The position numbers and the translations under genes are program-made. From the NCBI GenBank assembly GCA_963663475.2, contig CAXXJV010000001.1:64001-128000 (forward strand): a stretch of 64,000 nucleotides of DNA, given 5' to 3'. Positions 40,601 to 49,600 of the stretch are shown one piece after another. The DNA comes from Candidatus Cloacimonadales bacterium (GTDB taxonomy: Bacteria; Cloacimonadota; Cloacimonadia; Cloacimonadales; JAFGVF01). A model generated the notes under the pieces. The model searched no databases. It saw only the letters and a program-made list of their open reading frames with translations, and had not been told where the DNA came from. Position 1 is the first letter of the stretch. Every line of letters starts with the position of its first letter.

Positions 40601-43600
40601 TGCTTGTGAAGGAGTCCAGTCAAATACTAAGTTTGCACCATCATCACTTACTTTTACATCAACAAGATCTACAGTAGCATTGTGAGTGAAAGTAGCTTGC
40701 ATAGCTTTAACACCAAGGCCATTACTATTAGCATCAAGTAATTGAGCTAAGTAGTCATTATAAGCTACAGTAAAGCTATGAGTTTCTGTGTAGATACCAG
40801 ACATATTGAATGGATTGTTCACTGCAGTAATTACAGGAGCATTTGTATCAATATAAAGGTTATCACCTAAAGCAGGACTTTGATTATTTGCGTTAAATAC
40901 GAAGTCTTGAACTGTAACATCAAGATAGTAATTACCATCAGGTACACCAGCAAGAACAAGTGAGAAATCAGTTGGTCTTACATCGTAAGCAGCATAGACA
41001 TCGTTAACTATTTGATATGTATTTGCAGGATTATTTACATCAACTAACCATGCTTGAACAGTATGAACATCATTTGGATTAGCATAATCTAAAGTGAATT
41101 CAAGGTTTTCAGCAAGAGTTTTGTAAGAATCTAACATTACATAATTAAGTGCAGTTAAGTTAAATGCAGGAGCAGAGTTATCAATGATTAAGTTCATTTC
41201 AACTGCTGCAGCTTGATCATCAGTAGCAACTAAGTTATCAAATGGAACAGCTCTGAAGAGGTAAGAACCATCTGGAATAATACTTGTATCGAACTGTAAT
41301 GCAAAGCCATCTGCATTAATATTTTCAGTAACTACAAAGTTGTTAGCCATTTCAACAGCATCAATCACACCGTCGTTATTAGCATCAACATAGTAGTTAA
41401 CTACATAAGTTTCACGAGCAAGAGTAACATCTGCAGTCCAGATGTCATTTACATTAGCAAGTTCAACCCATGAAGTGTTGAGAGCACTATCAGTAATTTC
41501 AATATGGACACCAGGAATAAGAGCAAATGGGATGTTTGCATTAGCAATTGAGAATTGGTAATCAACATCAGCCATTGAATCATCACTTCCAAGAGGCATC
41601 CAGTTTACTCCATCATTATATTGGAATTCAACTGATTGAATACCAGCAGGAGTAGCAACATTAGCTGTTAATAATTCTAAACCTGAAATAACATCATCTG
41701 CATTGTGATTAACAATAGTAGTTGTGATATCAGTAGGATATAGAACGTTAACAGTTAAATCAACTTGGTAGTTATCAATAATACCATCGAAAGGAATAAG
41801 ATCACCTTCAACATTACCACGAGTATCTTCAGCGATAATAGCAAATTCAACCATAGCACCAGTATCAACAGTTACATCGAATTGGTACATATTATTTGCA
41901 TCTACTTCGTGGTCGTAAGCGATTAAGTTCCAACCAGCACCATCTATATTTCTATAGAGTTTTACAGGAGGATAGATATCATCATTAGTATTTGCATACC
42001 AAGGTTGAGTTTGATTTGCCCAGTTTTCTGTATCTTCAGTAGATAAACCAAGAATTTGTGCTCTATCGATTTGGATAGTTAAGTTCTCAGCATTATCAGC
42101 CATTACAGCAATTGGGTTGCCATCGAAGTTGTGAAGTTGGTTCATAGCTTCGCCACCATTATCAGCATCTGTCATGTAAGCAAGACTTGCAATAGCTGTT
42201 TGTGGAGCTTGGTTATCAACATAAACATCGATAGGAGTGATTTCTGAAACATTGCCATTAGCATCAGTAACAGTAACATTATAAGTAACTATACCTTCAC
42301 CAGTGATAGTATTAAGACCAGTCCAAGGGATTGATACTGTATTTGTAAGAGCATCGATTGTGATGTTAGCATTATCTGCAACATTAACTGCATTATAATC
42401 AACGAAGAAGTTGTTAATGTTAAGTCCATCAAAATCAACATAATCAAATACTAATCTATCAGTGTTACCATTATAGTAAGCGTAAGAAGTATGAGTTACA
42501 GAAGCATTATTCACAACAAGTTCAGGTTTCATATAATCAACTCTGAAGTCAGCGTTATCATTAAAGATACCAGCTTGAGGAATAACTTCATTATTTGTAT
42601 AACTATCGATTAATACAGCGAAGAATTCATAAGAATAATCACTACCATCATAGTTACCATTATTTGTGTATAAGTTAGGGTCAACAGTAATCCAGCTATT
42701 CCATACGTTAGCAGTTGCATCGTAACAGTTAGCAGGATTAACTACATTAGTATTTCCATATTGTGGATTTACTGCAGCATCATTATTTACAGGAAGAGTA
42801 GCAATCACATTACCTGTAGCAGTTTCAATTCTATTTACGAAGAATTGAATTTCTGAGATGCCTTCTAAGCCGTTTGGATATATAGCATATACTCTAAGGT
42901 TGTTTTGGATAAGTGGGTTGCTAGGGGAATAGATTGTTCCATTAGCAATTGTATTATCACTATCGAAGTTAGTATAATCAACTAATGTAAGGTCATAGAA
43001 CTTATCATAAGAAGGATTAACAATTTCGAGAACAGTAGAGAAGTCTGCTTCAGCTGAAACATTACCAACAAAGTCATAAGCTTTTGCAGTAATAACAACA
43101 GCACCAATATCATTAGCATCGTAAGTCCAGTTAACTGGATTAACCATATCATAAACTAAGACATCACCGTTAAGAGTTAATTCAACATAGTCAACATCTG
43201 TCCATGCACCAACAAGAGCAGTTAAATTAACATTGTTGTTAGCAGGTGTGATATAGTCATAAACAAGTTGGAGAGAGTTAGAACCAGCAGCAAGTACATC
43301 AGATACTTCAGGAGCTGTAACATCAGCAACTGAGTAAGTGAATTGAGCATCAGAAACTGATCTCATTTGGCTACTTGTAGTAAGAACTCTAACAATATAA
43401 TTTCTTATATTTTCATCAAGGTCTAAGTTATCACCATCATTATTTCCATCATAATTTGCATTATAAAGGTAAGAAGTATATTGAGGGCTACTTAAATCCC
43501 AGTTGAAGCCATAAGGATAAACAGCATCATTTGCTTGAAGAACAAGATTTCCAAGATCATCAGTATAATCACCATCATTATCAGCATCAAGATATACTTG

Positions 43601-46600
43601 GAATTCAACAGTATTAACAACACCGTCAGGGTCGTTAACTAAGAATTCAAGTTCGATATCGTTACCACTATTTAAAGTGATAGCAGGATCAGTAGTAGCT
43701 GAAACACCGGCAGGTGAGTGAGCATATCTGAATGTTTTAGTATCTGTGAAATTGTTACCTAAAGCATCAGTAGCATTAATAGTGATTTGATAATCACCTT
43801 CAGCTAAATCAAATCCAGAATAACCAGCATTGAATACAAATTCAGCAACACTACCGTTGAAATTAACAGCAACATTGTTGATAGCGGCTGTATTAGGAGT
43901 AACGCCGATTGTAGCTAAATTGAAGTTAGCATTAATATTTCCGATACCGTCAGTTCCAAACATTTCAGGATCTTCAAGTTCAATTACTAATGAAGTGAAA
44001 TCTTGGTCATAAATAATAACATCGCCCCAGTTATAGCTAGCAGGGCCAACTGGTGAGTTAAATGTTACACCATTAGCAATAACTTGTGGTGCAGTAGCAT
44101 CTAATAAGATGTTAATATTTTCTGATTTTTCGAAGCCATATATATTAGTATAGGTTACTGTTAAATCAGTATTGCCAAGAGTAGCTGCATCAGCAGTGAA
44201 ATCATTAGCAGTGATTGTAAGAACTGCAGTATTACCATTGATTACTGGAGTCATATCATTAACTAATTGGTTACCACTAACAACAAAGTCAGTTCCAACA
44301 GGAACATAAGCAGGGTTAAGTGATTCACCAAAGTTAGTGAAGTCTATTGTTAGGTCGAAAGCACCTAAAACAGGATTTTGAGTTCCAGGATTATTGATAA
44401 GGATATCAAAGTCATTACCGTCAACTTCAACATCAAGAGCCATTTCGTGTTCGAAAACATTAGTTAAAATGTTATCGAAAGGATCTCTGAATGAAGTAAT
44501 GTTAAGAGTAAGCATTTGATTTTCTGCAAATAGAGCAGGATCAGTAATAGTAACAGGGAATGTTGCTAGCCATTTTGAGTTGTGCATAACAGTTGGTGCA
44601 ACAGTGTAAGCACCGAATGTTAAACCAGCAACAGGATCAATAGTTACATTATCAATATACTCTTGGAATTGAGTATTAATATATACATTAACTACAGGAT
44701 CTACAGTTTGACTTCCACTTACTGCTAAGTAATTTGTAGCATTACCAGTAACTAATTCAGCATGTTGAATTAGAGGAACAATAGGACCTGAACCAGCATA
44801 AGAAATAGTCTTAGTAGAAGCAGGAGTAGATTGACCTGTAATATTTGTAGCACTTACGCTAACAACTTGAGAAGTTTGGTTATGGTTAGTAACTACAGGG
44901 ATACCTGTCAATTCAGCAACCCATTGCATTCCATCCCAAGTAATATTATTTTGAGGAACAAGATAAGGACTAGGAATATCTAAGATATTATTGAAGTCAG
45001 TAAGTGTAACGTATGGTTTTGCTACAGTACCTGTTAAAGGAGCATCACTATTGAAGATAACTTTAATAGTAGCTAGGTCACCAGGAGTAACATAATACAT
45101 ACCATTTTCACCTAATGTTTGACTCCAAACATAGATTTCATCTAAGCTTGTTGTATTACCATCGATTAAATTGAATACGTTAGCAACAGATTGTTGGCTA
45201 ATTTCGTTAGTAGAATAAGTAATTCTATATTCTAATTCTTTCCAACCAACAGTTGAGTTAACTACGATATCACTATTTAAGAAGTAAAGATCATTAACTG
45301 CATCATAAGCAAGAGCAATCCAGCCTTGGTTCGCATTGTTATAATGGTCAGCTAAGATTTCTACACTAGTAACATTAGCATTATCTGTAGCTAATGGTTG
45401 AACATCTAAGATTACACCAATTCTCTGACCATTACTAATGTATGGAGAAGTTGCTGCATTCATTCTATCTAAGCCATCATATTGGAAAGCAGTAATGCCA
45501 TCAACATCAGCTTGACTAGCGATAAATTCAACAGTAGCTTGAGGGCCTTGAGCAAGATATCTATTAGAAGGTGAGTTATAGTTTTCACCAGCATAGTTCT
45601 TGTGATTAACGAGGTCTTCTAACTCATTAAACTGAATAGTAACAATGTCTGTATTTTCAACAGCAGTGTTATCAACAGGAGTAATTTTCCAGATTAATGC
45701 TCTTTGATTAACATTAATTAACTCACTACCTAAAAGAGTAACAGTCCAAGTAGGATCAACACTTGGTAAGGTTACACCAGTTTCAGCAACTGAAACACCA
45801 TTCATATCTTCAACTATTCTCTTAACATAGAGAGAACCATCAAATTGATATGAATCAAGGTCTTGTGGGTCATTTAAAGTAAGATCAAAGTTATAGCTAT
45901 TAACTTGATTACTTAAGTTATTGATACCTGGTAAAGTATTAGCTGTAGCATAATCATTGATATTACTAGCAGCTTGAACAATAGTATAATCACTATAAGT
46001 AGGAACTTCTAAATCAATTTTGATTGATTTAAAGATTGAGATAGGATTAACAGCAAAGAAGTCTTCGTATCTTACTTCGATTTGGATGTTATCACCATCA
46101 TCATAAGTATTCCAACATGCTTGAACATCAGGTGTTCTTACCCATGTAATTTGGTGGTTATAAATTGTTACACCAGGAATTGGATTAGTAGAAGTTGTTA
46201 CAACTGTACCGTTAATCCAATTAGTATCAGGGAAGTCATTAGTGATATTGTCAAATTCAGCTATAGGATTAATATCAGCTAAAACAGAATTAACAGTCAT
46301 AGTTAATTCAACATCATGTTCAGGAGCAAACCAACCTTGTGGATCATATCCTACATAACGTGATGCAGCAATACCATTAAATGTATATTCAGGAATATTA
46401 ATAGCAACCATGTCTTGGTTATAAGGAGTTGCTACAAAATTAAAGTCTGATCTTGCTTCAACAACAAAATCTACAACTTCATAACCAGTAGTTTGATTTT
46501 CAAAATTAGCGAAATCAAAGTCTGCATTATCCCATGAATAAGTATAAGTATGTTTTTCAAAACCAGTTACAGGTTCTGATTCAAAAACATCACTTTCGTA

Positions 46601-49600
46601 TTGAGCTGAAGTAGCTTGGATACCTTTGTAGGTAAGAACAACATTTGAAGTTGTTAACTGACCTTGGTAAGCAATAACGTCAGCTTCAAATCTGATGTTT
46701 TGATTAGGGTCTATTGAGAAATAGTTTTCAGTTTCATTACCATTAACATAAACTCTTAAGTCACTAATAACAACTTGGTTATTATCTACAAAAGGAACAT
46801 CAGTATTAGTAGAAGCAGTACTTGATTCAGTTTCATAATACTCATAAGGATGTGTAATTGTAAGATCTTCAACTTTAAGAGTTGCATATTCAGGATTACC
46901 AATACCAAAATCATCAATAATAACAGTATTTAGACCATTAACTAAACCGCTAGTTACAGTCTCAACAGTACCGTTATTTAAAGTAATTTCAACTTGGCTG
47001 ATTCTGTCAGCATCTGTTAATTCAAATGTTACTTTAACCTTATTATTATTTTCAATTATGTCAATGTGGTTACCTTGATCAGCATATTGATCAAGTCCTT
47101 CTACATTATATATATTCACATTAGAAACTGTAGGAATATCTTGGATAGCTACAGCAACAGCTGGTTCATTATATATAGTATAGAAATCATAGTCTGAAGT
47201 AACTTCTAAATTGAAGTTTAATTCAACATAACCATAAGGTGGGTTACCAGCATCGATAAATTCATTATAATCGAAATCAGTTTGTTCCCATCTATAAACA
47301 TAAGTATTCTTAATAAACCCGTTAACTTCTTCACTTTCAAAAGTACTACTCATAAGAGTTGGAAGTCCAGCTGAAGCTGTTGGAGTATAGTTAAGAACTA
47401 CATTATTTATATCAATATGATTTTGATAAGCAACGAAAGTACCTTCAACGTAGAAATCATCATCTAATTCAGCTGAGAATTCATTATCTACGTTTTCTTG
47501 GCCATTAACGAAGAATTTAATGTCGCTAATAACAACTTGATCTTCATCAACGAAAGGTGTAGATAAAGCAGGATTGCTATTAGCATCAGAAGAATCATCT
47601 AATCCATTATATGGGTGAGATATTTCAACATTAGCAGCAACTACTTCATATTGATCATAATCACTAGCATCAAATGTGTCGATAACAAAAGTATTTAAAC
47701 CATCTTGATAGTTAGTAACGTTAAAGATTTGTCCATCATTAAGAGTAATAGTAACAGCATCAATTCTTTCACTGTCAGTTAACTCGAAAGTTACATCAAC
47801 AACATCACCATCTTTAATAATGTTTTGATTTTCTGGACTATTATTTAGAACAGCAACATTACTTACAGTAGGCATAGGAGTAATGTCGATAGTGTGAGAA
47901 TGAGTCTCTTCATTATCTAACATATCTTGTGCTACGAAATCGAAAGTTAATGTATTTGTTTCATAGTTATTTGGAATAGTAATTTGCCACTGATAGATGT
48001 TTCCACCTAAGGCTGTAGCTAAGGTATTATCAGCTATTAAAGTATTATCTGAACAAGAGATAGTAACTTTATCAGCTTGAACACCAGCAATAGCATCAGT
48101 TATTTCATAACTTAAAGTTAAGACTGTGTTTTCATCAACAGTGTTTGGAACAAGATTATCGTTGAATGTTGGAGCTACATTATCATAAGTAACACCGTTG
48201 TAAGTGAAATCATATTCATGAACAGCTACATCACCAGTAGTAAATCCTAATGAAAGTTCAACTGGGATTTCGATAACTTGACCATTAGCAATACCATTAG
48301 CAATACCAGTATAAGAACCAGTATAAGTAATTTCCCAGTTTCCATTTCCTAAGTCATTAACTTGAGGAGCTGAAATTGTAGCACCTGTGAAGTTTGAGAA
48401 ATTAACATCAAATAGATATTCTTCAACACCACGAGCAGGAGCTTCAATTGGAGTAATTCCTGGGTAACCATTGATACTAACTGTAAATTGGAAATCACCA
48501 GCTTCAGCAGCTTTATCCAATACCATATCAGCATCACTATTAATATAGTAGAACTGACCAGAGGCAGAAACAACTTGCGGAGCTTCTCTTAACACGATAA
48601 AGTGAACAAAAGCTTCTGAAGAGTCTGTATGCCATGCATCAGCATCAAATGGGTAAGGAGGGTTGTTATATCTTCCAGGGTTTCCACCAAAGTCATTTGG
48701 GGTCCTTAGAATTAATGTATAATTAACGTTTTCTAAAACACCATCAGCAAAGTTATCTATAGTTGCTGTGATATTAAAGTTTTTATAACCAACAGTACCA
48801 GTAGTAGGACATTCAAAATTGTCAGTTAAATTAGTTGGAGTTGCTGTAATAACAACATTAGCACCAGGAACTAATTCCAAAGTATCTTCATCATATACTA
48901 AAGCAGTCCAATCAGTTTCTTTAAGATATTCTGAAGTTTCAATATCAAAATTGAAACTATTAATTCCATTAGCTAAGTAGAAAGTATTACCAGCAGGATT
49001 TGGAATATAATTTTCAGAATTAGTACCGAGAATTTGAGGATTTTCATTATCTACACGAGTTGTAGCGTATGAGTAAGCATTTTCTGGAGCAATATAACCA
49101 GTATCTGAATAAGCTTCAGGAACAACTTTAAGCTCAACATTAAGAAGTTTGCTTGCTAAAGCACCAACAATATTGTTATTGCTATTAGTTAAGTTAGCAA
49201 AGTTCATTGTTTCGCTAAAGTTTCCGATTCCTGCTATTTTATTTCCAGAAATACTTCTTACTTTAGTTTCATCATCTGGATCATAAACTCTTAAAGACCA
49301 TTCATAATCTACAGAAGAGTTACCAATAGTGAAAGAAATTTCATTGAAAGGTTTATCAATACCGTTATGAGCCATTCCAGCTTCGTTAGCAGGATTAGTC
49401 TCTGCATCATAAGCCCAAGATGGATTACCAGGACTGATACAATGAGGAACTACATTAACGATATCACCAACAATTTCTGGCCAGATTGGTTCTTCAGGTC
49501 TATCGATTTTGAAAGATCTGTCACCAGCTGCTACATTAGAAATATTAAAAGATCCATCTTCTATATCTCTAGTAATTACTTCAATTTTAATATCTGAAGT

